A stretch of 28,531 nt of DNA. Source: Candidatus Nanohaloarchaea archaeon. Lineage in GTDB: Archaea > Nanohalarchaeota > Nanosalinia > Nanosalinales > Nanosalinaceae. Below are positions 1-7,972 of this stretch, one piece after another. The translations under genes and the position numbers were made by a program. The DNA lies in the NCBI GenBank assembly GCA_047617745.1, contig JBLGBN010000011.1, forward strand, positions 1-28,531, written 5' to 3'. The notes beneath the pieces are model-generated. The model had not been told where the DNA came from and searched no databases. It was given only the letters and a program-made list of their open reading frames with translations. How positions within the stretch are numbered: position 1 is the first letter of the stretch; the number at the start of each line of letters is the position of its first letter.

Positions 1-2
1 TA

Positions 3-863
3 GAACAGGAAGAAGAACAGCTCAAGGAAATGGTAAACGCAATCGACGAAGCAGGAGCAAATGTCGTCCTGTGTCAGAAAGGAATTGATGACATCGCACA
101 GCACTACCTCGCGAAGAAAGGAATCTACGCAGTCAGAAGAGTAAGCTCATCAGACATGGATAAACTTGCGAAAGCAACAAATGCAAACATCGTGACAAGC
201 ATCACAGAGATCGAATCAAACGATCTCGGGCAGGCAGGAACCGTAGAAGAGAGAAGAGTCGGAGGTTCTGCAATGACATTTGTACAGGACTGTCCTGAAG
301 CCAAATCCGTTTCCATCCTGATCAGAGGGGGAACAGAACATGTAGTTGACGAGATTGAAAGAGCAATGGAAGATGCAATCGGCGGAGTAAGCTCCGCTCT
401 ACGCAACGGAAGAGTTGTCGGCGGAGGAGGAGCAACCGAAGTTGAACTTGCACAGGAACTCCGCGATTATGCTGACTCAGTAGGCGGAAGAGAACAGCTA
501 GCGATCAACGCGTTCGCAGACGCACTGGAGATCATTCCAAGAACTCTCGCAGAGAACGCAGGATTCGACCCGATCGACACGCTGGTAGACCTCAGAAACA
601 AGCACGACGACGGAGAGGTCTGGGCCGGAATCGACGTAACAAGTGGAGAATCCCAGAAACTGTTTGACGAAGGAGTTGTCGAACCACAGCAGACCAAGAC
701 ACAGGCAGTCTCATCAGCATCAGAAGCAGCTGAGATGATTCTCAGAATCGACGACGTCATCTCCGCATCAGGCGGAGGAGACGAAGCCGGCGGAGGACCA
801 CCAGGCGGACCTGGAGGCGCACCAGGAGGAATGCCAGGCGGCGGAATGGGCGGAATGATGTAA
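3..863 (+). CDS. ths: Thermosome (group II chaperonin) subunit, 5'-truncated by window edge
   Basis: Frame is open from position 3 ([14 protein letters not shown]). Motifs [50 protein letters not shown] and a Gly/Met C-terminal tail. Confidence 0.97.
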   Translation, partial: EQEEEQLKEMVNAIDEAGANVVLCQKGIDDIAQHYLAKKGIYAVRRVSSSDMDKLAKATNANIVTSITEIESNDLGQAGTVEERRVGGSAMTFVQDCPEAKSVSILIRGGTEHVVDEIERAMEDAIGGVSSALRNGRVVGGGGATEVELAQELRDYADSVGGREQLAINAFADALEIIPRTLAENAGFDPIDTLVDLRNKHDDGEVWAGIDVTSGESQKLFDEGVVEPQQTKTQAVSSASEAAEMILRIDDVISASGGGDEAGGGPPGGPGGAPGGMPGGGMGGMM

Positions 864-898
864 AGCAAGAAACATCATCCAACCCTCAACCTCATCTC

Positions 899-921
899 AA
901 TCTTCTTCTTTCTTCCTCTCC
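899..921 (+). terminator. Pyrimidine-rich putative archaeal terminator after thermosome
   Basis: tcttcttctttcttcctctcc tract about 40 nt after the stop codon. Confidence 0.4.
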
Positions 922-923
922 GG

Positions 924-938
924 AAATAAATTAAATAA
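924..938 (+). promoter_or_regulatory. Putative BRE/TATA box for the 962 operon
   Basis: aaataaaTTAAATAA ends about 24 nt before ATG 962, consistent with a leaderless or short-leader transcript. Confidence 0.4.
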
Positions 939-961
939 GCTCTAACAAGTTTTATCCAGAG

Positions 962-1480
962 ATGGACGAAAATCTTCTGGAGCAGAAAATCGAGGAACTA
1001 ATAGAAGAGAAAGCCGAGAAAATAGAGAAAGGCGAACAACCTGACAGCAAACTCGGCGAACTAATAGAGAAAAAAGTGGAACAGAAAATAGACGATGAAA
1101 AGGAAACAGAAACCGTTCCACAGAAAACCACACGAAGAAACTTCATGAAAATGCTGGGGCTGGGCGCAGGAGGACTGGCGCTTTCATCAGCAGCATCTGC
1201 CAACTTCTTCTCGGTAAACAAGAATGTCGGCGGTAAAACTCTCTCGGATATTCTATCCAATGGAAACGATGCATCCGGAAACTCGATCACAAACCTTGGA
1301 AGCCTGAGCGTTAACAATGACATAACCGCAAATTCGGCGAATATTACAAACCAGATTTCGGCAGGAAGTGTAAGCACAACAGGCACAATTACAGCCGGAG
1401 CCGAGATAGTTCTACCTGACTTAAGCTCCGACCCAAGCGCTTCAACAGGCGCAATGTGGTACAGAAGCGACCTGGAATAA
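962..1480 (+). CDS. Twin-arginine-motif protein with acidic coiled-coil N-terminus and fibre-like C-terminus (172 aa)
   Basis: About 55 aa E/K-rich heptad-like segment, then TRRNFMKMLGLGAGGLALSSAASA (RR at 1133-1138, AxA at aa 78-80), then an S/T/N/G-rich beta-like region ending DPSASTGAMWYRSDLE. Confidence 0.8.
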   Translation: MDENLLEQKIEELIEEKAEKIEKGEQPDSKLGELIEKKVEQKIDDEKETETVPQKTTRRNFMKMLGLGAGGLALSSAASANFFSVNKNVGGKTLSDILSNGNDASGNSITNLGSLSVNNDITANSANITNQISAGSVSTTGTITAGAEIVLPDLSSDPSASTGAMWYRSDLE

Positions 1481-1491
1481 AAGGTGTAAAA

Positions 1492-1950
1492 ATGGTTCAG
1501 ATAGGAACGATAAAACTTCAGACAACAACCGGATCAATTGAAGTACCGGTTTTCGAGATAGCAGATGTTCAGAATGAATCGCTGAGAGTGCAGACACAGA
1601 ACAACGGAGTCGGCGCTTTAAACCTGGTCGACCCCTCAAAGGCCGAACTGAACCAGGTAAGAGTGCAGACACAGAACAGCGGTGTGCTCGCTGTCAGCAC
1701 CACAATTGGAGCAGTACTGGAAACAGATACCGTTCTAAACGGGGGAAATATCAACCTGAAAATATACGAGGACACGGACGGCGACGGATACCCTGAAAAC
1801 AGAGAAACAGTCAGTCTATCAGATGGAACAACCAGCCAGAGCCTGTCACAGATAAAAGCCGATCCTGAAAACGAGATCTGGTTCGAGGTCGAAAAAGAAA
1901 CCAGTTCGGTTGACACAACACCAGAACTGCAGAGAGTGAGGATAGCTTAA
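1492..1950 (+). CDS. Hypothetical protein: three-repeat N-terminal domain plus small beta-sandwich-like domain (152 aa)
   Basis: Start moved to ATG 1492, which follows an AGGTG RBS and the upstream stop. Repeats IKLQTTTG / LRVQTQNNG / VRVQTQNSG; DTDGDG Ca-binding-like motif; ends TTPELQRVRIA; TAATG overlap with the next gene. Confidence 0.75.
   Translation: MVQIGTIKLQTTTGSIEVPVFEIADVQNESLRVQTQNNGVGALNLVDPSKAELNQVRVQTQNSGVLAVSTTIGAVLETDTVLNGGNINLKIYEDTDGDGYPENRETVSLSDGTTSQSLSQIKADPENEIWFEVEKETSSVDTTPELQRVRIA
1585..1678 (+). repeat. 19-bp exact direct repeat agagtgcagacacagaaca (1585-1603 and 1660-1678)
   Basis: Read directly; copies are 75 bp apart, in frame, and encode RVQTQN. Confidence 0.9.
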
Positions 1951-3395
1951 TGGCACTAGAATGGAGCAAAAACGAGGACTGGGACCAGGAACAGGACAAC
2001 ACCGGAGTCATACACGACGAAACACTGCAGCAGGGCTACAAATCAGGTAGTCTGAAGGAAGGACTAGTCGCCTACTACCCTATGGAAAACTCTGGAAGTG
2101 AGATTCTGAGGGATGCAGTAGCCAAGAATATCGGGCAGATCAAAGGAGCGACATGGAACGGGAGCGGACAGGTCGGAAGCGATTCACTAAACTTTGACGG
2201 ATCAAACGACTATATACCAATTCCAGGCTACAAGAGTCCTCTCGACCTACAGGGAGAACTTAGAACAAACTTCACAATCTGCTTGTGGTTCAGAACCAGC
2301 GATGGGAACGCAGGGATCTCCGGAGTGCAGGGGGGAGATGACCCTGATAACGCAGACGGACACGACCGACATATCTATCTCACAAACGGAAATGTCGGTT
2401 TGAGGGTTTACAACAGCGGGGGGTCGAATGCAGAACCTATATCCTCTGGAACTAACTATGCAGATGGGAACTGGCACCATGTAGTCTTTAGAGCAAACTC
2501 AAACGACGGAGTCTACGGCTTTATCGACGGAAACCAGTTTGGATACGACTCAAATACAAGCATCTCTGACTTCACAGGCTCCGACGGATCCTGGTCTAAC
2601 CTTTATCTAATGATCGGACACTCCCAAGACGGCTCCAACCAGTACTTTACAGGCGAAATCGATGATGTTCGAGTCTACAGCAGACCGCTTTCGCACCAGG
2701 AAATTCAGGCATTATACAACCTCACCTCTCCAAGTGGCAGAGAAATAACATCCAAAGATGTACCCGGAAATGAAAGCGGCGGAATTTCAAGGTACAAATT
2801 CAACGGCGACGTAACGGATTCCTGGAGATCGAATGACGGGACCGATAACACGAGCGCTGGCTATGTTAACGGCGTCTACGGTCAGGCAAAAGATTTTGAC
2901 GGGAGTGATGATGAGGTAAACCTTCCTAATCTAGGGATTTCTGGAAACGATTCACATAGTATCTCTATCTGGATGAAAACTTCAGATTCAACAAATCAGA
3001 CACTGTACTTTCAGGGCGATAGATCAACGGATAGCCAAATAGATTTTATCTATCAAGGAGGAACACCTCAATTCAATTACGCCTTTTACAGTAATGACTT
3101 AACCTATAATGTAAATCTACACGATGGAAACTGGCATCACCTAATTGGTACCTATAACGGATACATTAGAAAGTTATATTTAGATGGAAAACTGGTAGCC
3201 CAAGATCAACCTAGTTCTCCCTCAATCGTGAATGACGATTTCAGTGTTGGTTATAGAAGAGCCAGTAATAGTTCATACTTTAACGGCGCCCTAGATGACC
3301 TGAGACTCTACGATCGAGCACTCTCACCCCTTGAAGTAGAAAAACTTTTCCATCTCGGATCTAGAAGAATCAACAGGAAAGAGGTGCTGCACTAG
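1950..3395 (+). CDS. LamG-like jellyroll (concanavalin A-like) protein, two domains, no signal peptide (481 aa)
   Basis: LVAYYPME...FDGSNDYI...DGNWHHVV...FTGEIDDVRVYSRPLS, and a second unit RYKFNGD...DGNWHHLIGTY...FNGALDDLRLYDRALS. Confidence 0.9.
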   Translation: MALEWSKNEDWDQEQDNTGVIHDETLQQGYKSGSLKEGLVAYYPMENSGSEILRDAVAKNIGQIKGATWNGSGQVGSDSLNFDGSNDYIPIPGYKSPLDLQGELRTNFTICLWFRTSDGNAGISGVQGGDDPDNADGHDRHIYLTNGNVGLRVYNSGGSNAEPISSGTNYADGNWHHVVFRANSNDGVYGFIDGNQFGYDSNTSISDFTGSDGSWSNLYLMIGHSQDGSNQYFTGEIDDVRVYSRPLSHQEIQALYNLTSPSGREITSKDVPGNESGGISRYKFNGDVTDSWRSNDGTDNTSAGYVNGVYGQAKDFDGSDDEVNLPNLGISGNDSHSISIWMKTSDSTNQTLYFQGDRSTDSQIDFIYQGGTPQFNYAFYSNDLTYNVNLHDGNWHHLIGTYNGYIRKLYLDGKLVAQDQPSSPSIVNDDFSVGYRRASNSSYFNGALDDLRLYDRALSPLEVEKLFHLGSRRINRKEVLH

Positions 3396-3396
3396 A

Positions 3397-6087
3397 ATGG
3401 GCTTAATCGGATGGTGGCCTCTCCATGAGAACTCGGGGAAAGCATACGATCTATCCGGAAAAGAAAATCATGGGAGTGTTAACGGCCCAGTACAGGGAAT
3501 AGCTGCGAAAGGCGGGCTCACCGGCTACCACTTCGATGGAACCGATGACTATGTGGATCTACCCTCAATTGCGGATCTCGATTTTGCCATTGAGGCTTAC
3601 ACAGTAAGCGCATGGATAAACCCCGATAACTCCAGCTCGCAGACATTTGCATCTAAACATCCGGGAACACACCCTGTCGGATTCAGACTCTCCCATTCCA
3701 ATGAAAGGATAAACTTGAGAACAACCGACTCAAATGGAAACGGCCCTTCAGCTAATGGAGGCTATGCACCAGCCAATACCTGGACACACGTGGTAGGTAT
3801 CGTAGCTCGGGACTCCCGTGAATTCATCGAACTTTACGTTAATGGAGAAAAAGTAGATAGAAAATCTACCGCGAGTATAAACGACGACACTTCTAACGCC
3901 AACGGATTACTGGGAGATATAACTACAACGGCAGCAACACCCTACTCGGGATCACTAGCAGACTTCAGAGTATATGACCATGTATTAACACCCTCTGAAA
4001 TACGAGAACTCTACGAACTTGGCGGAAAAGCAGCCGCACCGGAGGACGGAGTATCGAGGTACAAACTCGACGGTGATGCAACAGATTCCTGGCATTCAAA
4101 TGATGGAACAGTGAATGGAACAACATTTACAAGCGGATACTACAATCAAGCAGCAAGATTTGATGGTAGCTCTAACATTAAAACCGGTATAACAGACAAT
4201 TTACAGACAGGAAACTTCAGCGTCTCCGCATGGATGAAAATACCCTCCTTTGCCAGTAACGGCACCCGAATTGTGGCTGACGACAAAAACGGGAATGGCT
4301 GGGCTCTTTCATACGGCGATGCCGGAGAAAATTCGATAAGATTCTTTGTCCGGGGTATGGACAGTACTTCACTTGATGCCACAAACACAATTAATTCAAC
4401 AAACATCTGGTATCACGTAGTAGGCGTATTTGACAACGATAATAACAACCGATTTATCTTTATTAACGGCAAAAAAGAAGGTGCGATCACTTCTGACAGC
4501 GGAACACCAACAACAGATTCTGGAAATATTTACCTAGGTGCTTCAGGAAGCGGAAATAACCTCATCGGAGAAATAGACGACGTTCGGATATACGACCGAG
4601 CACTGAAAGACTGGGAGGTTAAAGCTATTTACAGAGGCTACAATGACCTTGCGACTCCGCCAGGAAAAGAGGATCCTGACGCAGTTTCAAAATACAAGTT
4701 TGACGACAAAATATCATCAGGCGCAGTAGATTCCTGGGGATCTAATGACGGCACAATAACTGCCGGGATTTACTCTAATGATGCAATTAGAGGCAAATCT
4801 ATGAACTTTGGTGGATCGGATGAATACGTAGATATAGGAAACTTCGGCTTTGACTCGTCTACAAGCTTTACATGGTCTCTTTGGGCTAAACCAGAGGATA
4901 CAAATAACGCTCCAGTAATGGGACGTTATGATGGGTCAGATGACCTAGTACAGTTCTATTACGTAACAGATGATAGATGGATCTTCAGATTAGGTCATGT
5001 TGGAGGAAATGACCATAATGTAGCCGGGGGGAAACCTAATGTCGGTAGCTGGGACCATATAGTAGGAATGTACGACCCCGCAGGACCAACATCTCAAATT
5101 TACGTAAACGGAGAATTAGTCGACCGACAAACAGGAACTATCGACGACTTCGCTACTTCTAACCCTATCTATATAGGGGGTAGAGGAGGATCAACCAGCT
5201 TCTTTAACGGATTAATAGACGATGTGAGAATCTACAACAGGACACTGACACCTCATGAAGTCCAGCAGCTCTACCAGTGGGGAACCCGAGGAAGAGATAT
5301 GCGAAATTTAACCGCCAACAGTAAATCCGCCGGATTTGGAACTGTTACCAAAACTTATACCACCGCACAACAGCATTCCGTAAATGTACCAGATAAAGCT
5401 AGTAAAGCAACAATTAAAGCATGGGGTGGCGAAACTAGGAATTCAGACTTTAATTTTCAAATCCATGGAGGTTATACAAAGGGGACTCTAGATGTTTCCA
5501 ATATTGATTCTATGGAGGTATTTGTAGGTGGTGAAGGCGGGATGCCAAACGGTGGATTTAACGGAGGAGGTGACGGTGGAAGCGGAGATAGACACGATGG
5601 AAGCGGTGGAGCTGGAGCTAGCGACGTTAGAACTGGAGGTAGCTCACTATCTGATAGAATAATTGTAGCAGGAGGAGCAGGAGGAGAAAGTAATTCGGAT
5701 GGAACAGCAGGAGGAGCAGGTGGCCCTGATACCGGAGCTTCTGGAAAAGGAGATGATGCAGAACCCGGGACCGGCGGAACTCAAAGCAGTGGAGGTGCCG
5801 GTGGAAGCGGAAGCGGTGCTGGAAACGGTAGTGACGGCAGTCTAGGGACTGGAGGTGCCGGTGGAGATGCACTCAATAACGGAGGAGAAGGAACTGCAGG
5901 AGGAGGTGGAGGAGGAGGGTACTACGGAGGAGGTGGAGGAGGTGCAAACGGAAATAATTTCTATGGCGCCGGTGGAGGAGGCGGATCAAATTATATCGAC
6001 TCAACATTAACTAATACTCAAAGTCAGCGTGGAGTAAGTGCAAACAATAATGGGGATGGAAAAGTAGTTATAATCTTCAAAAAATAA
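3397..6087 (+). CDS. Three LamG-like domains plus C-terminal glycine-rich (ALK/LTK-type, polyglycine) domain (896 aa)
   Basis: Three units ending ADFRVYDHVLT, IDDVRIYDRAL and IDDVRIYNRTLT. C-terminus has GGAGASDVR...DRIIVAGGAGG...GGGGGGGYYGGGGG...GGGGGSNYI...GDGKVVI. Confidence 0.9.
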   Translation: MGLIGWWPLHENSGKAYDLSGKENHGSVNGPVQGIAAKGGLTGYHFDGTDDYVDLPSIADLDFAIEAYTVSAWINPDNSSSQTFASKHPGTHPVGFRLSHSNERINLRTTDSNGNGPSANGGYAPANTWTHVVGIVARDSREFIELYVNGEKVDRKSTASINDDTSNANGLLGDITTTAATPYSGSLADFRVYDHVLTPSEIRELYELGGKAAAPEDGVSRYKLDGDATDSWHSNDGTVNGTTFTSGYYNQAARFDGSSNIKTGITDNLQTGNFSVSAWMKIPSFASNGTRIVADDKNGNGWALSYGDAGENSIRFFVRGMDSTSLDATNTINSTNIWYHVVGVFDNDNNNRFIFINGKKEGAITSDSGTPTTDSGNIYLGASGSGNNLIGEIDDVRIYDRALKDWEVKAIYRGYNDLATPPGKEDPDAVSKYKFDDKISSGAVDSWGSNDGTITAGIYSNDAIRGKSMNFGGSDEYVDIGNFGFDSSTSFTWSLWAKPEDTNNAPVMGRYDGSDDLVQFYYVTDDRWIFRLGHVGGNDHNVAGGKPNVGSWDHIVGMYDPAGPTSQIYVNGELVDRQTGTIDDFATSNPIYIGGRGGSTSFFNGLIDDVRIYNRTLTPHEVQQLYQWGTRGRDMRNLTANSKSAGFGTVTKTYTTAQQHSVNVPDKASKATIKAWGGETRNSDFNFQIHGGYTKGTLDVSNIDSMEVFVGGEGGMPNGGFNGGGDGGSGDRHDGSGGAGASDVRTGGSSLSDRIIVAGGAGGESNSDGTAGGAGGPDTGASGKGDDAEPGTGGTQSSGGAGGSGSGAGNGSDGSLGTGGAGGDALNNGGEGTAGGGGGGGYYGGGGGGANGNNFYGAGGGGGSNYIDSTLTNTQSQRGVSANNNGDGKVVIIFKK

Positions 6088-6096
6088 TGCGATAAA

Positions 6097-7908
6097 ATGA
6101 CACTAATAGGATACTGGCTGTTGGACGAAGACTCCGGAAGCACAGCTTACGATGCTTCAGGAAACGGAAACAATGGTTCTCTAAATGGCGGAATAACTCA
6201 GGGCGAACCAGGAATTCTTGGAAGGAGCGCTTACAGCTTCGATGGATCTGATGATGCTGTAACGATAAGTGACTCCCAGATCCTGAAACTGACTGGAAGC
6301 CTCACCATCAGCATGTGGGTCAACCCGAACAATCTTGGTGCGCAGAGAGAAAATCCGATCCATAAAGCCTATGGAGGAGAGTTTTCCTTTGTTTTTGAAG
6401 ACACAAATGATGATCCAGCAGGAACATTGAGCACATACTTCGGATCTGCCGGAGGGAACGCCAGCCCTTACGCACATAATCAGTGGACAGATGTAGCCTC
6501 TGACAATACCTGGACTCATCTATGCTGGGTTAGAGACAATAATGCACAGGAGGTGAGACTGTACAAGAACGGTACTAGATGGTCTAAGAATAAAATACAG
6601 ACAGAGTGGGAAACTACTTCAGCCAGCAACAACGATATGCAGATCGGAAGCGGATACACCAATACGTTTGATGGAAGCATCTCAGAGGTCAGACTCTATA
6701 ACCGTGCATTAACATCTTCAGAGATACAGTACCTTTACGAAGTATCACAGAGAGGTAGATATGTCTCAAGTAAAAAGAAAATACAGAATATTATTGATTT
6801 AGGTGTTAATTCGCCGGTTTCAGGACAAGTAGTTTCAGGAACCACAAGTATCGACATACAGGCTTCAAGCAGCGCCGGATCAATAAGTTCAATCGAAGCA
6901 GATGTAAATTCGAACAACATTGGTACAGCTTCTTCCAGTCCAGCCTCTTTCAGCTGGGATACAACAACAGCTTCTGGCGGAGCGAATAATCTGACAGCAA
7001 CCGCCTCAGACGACGCAGACAACTCCCGAACCGAAGACGTTTCAGTAATAGTTGACAACACACCGCCATCTGTATCATTCAGTAATCCGAGCGACGGAGC
7101 TACAGTAAGCGACACCGTTACGGTTGAAGGAAATAGCTCCGATAACGAGTCTTCAGTGAAACGCATGGAACTACAGATAGACAGTTCAACGCTCACAACC
7201 TCTAACAGCAACACACTTTCCTACAGTTTAGATACTACGAACTACTCCGATGGCGATCACACACTTAATCTGGACGCATCAGACAAGGGAGATAACACCG
7301 GTAATTCCAATATAACTATCACCATCAGCAATCGTGTCGACACTTCTGTGGTCCTAGATGACTTCGAGGATGGTGATACTAACGGCTGGAGCATAACTGA
7401 TGGCGACAATATAGGCACCTGGAGTGCAGTACAAGACAGCTCCATGGAAGGAAGTTACCTTGCGAGAGCCTCAGTAAACGGAAGTGAGAACGATACTAAT
7501 TTCGAAGCTTCTAAAACTATAAGTAATGACTACAGGAAAAACATAGAATTTTATTGTGCTGTTTCAAATGACACAAACGACGACTTTGACACAAGTAGAG
7601 TCGAAATAATCGATCACGAAGGTAACTCTTGGGGTTATATTGAATGGGAGCAGAATGGAGGCACACTTCGAGCAGATGCAGATGGAGATTATGAGCTACT
7701 AAGTAGTTGGAGTGAGGGAACTGTATACCATATTGAATTACAAGCCAATGGAGATGGAACGTGGGACATCTATGTAGACGGGACGTATCAGAATACAGCC
7801 CCAGGATTCTCTAGCACTGGTTTTACAGGGGTTACGCTAGAGAATGGTGTATACGGAAGTGGCGGGTCTAGAGACATGGATCTGGACTATATCCGGCTCT
7901 GGGGGTAA
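6097..7908 (+). CDS. LamG-like domain, two bacterial Ig-like domains and a C-terminal lectin-like beta-sandwich (603 aa)
   Basis: LIGYWLLDEDSGSTAYDASGNGNNG...FDGSISEVRLYNRALT. Ig-like units SPVSGQVVSGTTSI...WDTT and DNTPPSVSFSNPSDGATVSDTVTV...LDTTNYSDGDHTL. Final domain VLDDFEDGDTNGW...DLDYIRLW. Confidence 0.88.
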   Translation: MTLIGYWLLDEDSGSTAYDASGNGNNGSLNGGITQGEPGILGRSAYSFDGSDDAVTISDSQILKLTGSLTISMWVNPNNLGAQRENPIHKAYGGEFSFVFEDTNDDPAGTLSTYFGSAGGNASPYAHNQWTDVASDNTWTHLCWVRDNNAQEVRLYKNGTRWSKNKIQTEWETTSASNNDMQIGSGYTNTFDGSISEVRLYNRALTSSEIQYLYEVSQRGRYVSSKKKIQNIIDLGVNSPVSGQVVSGTTSIDIQASSSAGSISSIEADVNSNNIGTASSSPASFSWDTTTASGGANNLTATASDDADNSRTEDVSVIVDNTPPSVSFSNPSDGATVSDTVTVEGNSSDNESSVKRMELQIDSSTLTTSNSNTLSYSLDTTNYSDGDHTLNLDASDKGDNTGNSNITITISNRVDTSVVLDDFEDGDTNGWSITDGDNIGTWSAVQDSSMEGSYLARASVNGSENDTNFEASKTISNDYRKNIEFYCAVSNDTNDDFDTSRVEIIDHEGNSWGYIEWEQNGGTLRADADGDYELLSSWSEGTVYHIELQANGDGTWDIYVDGTYQNTAPGFSSTGFTGVTLENGVYGSGGSRDMDLDYIRLWG

Positions 7909-7931
7909 TCTACAGATAATTCATAATTACC

Positions 7932-7938
7932 TTTATAA
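7932..7938 (+). promoter_or_regulatory. Putative TATA box (TTTATAA) upstream of the pilus locus
   Basis: Lies in the 7909-7972 intergenic gap, about 35 nt before ATG 7973. Confidence 0.45.
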
Positions 7939-7972
7939 TCCGTCCAGTACAACTGTTGTGTAGGGTACTAAT

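Noticed and set aside
770..863. [23 protein letters not shown] repeat-like DNA
   Set aside because: Ordinary Gly/Met C-terminal tail of chaperonins.
1456..1491. ORF-track start at GTG 1456
   Set aside because: It overlaps the upstream gene; ATG 1492 has an AGGTG RBS.
1585..1678. 19-bp direct repeat as a CRISPR array
   Set aside because: Only two copies, in frame within a CDS, and no cas genes.
2781..4110. Similar segments as a possible diversity-generating retroelement TR/VR pair
   Set aside because: Mismatches are mostly synonymous and not adenine-specific, both copies are coding domain starts, and no reverse transcriptase is in the window.
962..7908. Intact provirus
   Set aside because: No capsid, portal, terminase, tape-measure or integrase genes and no att repeats seen.
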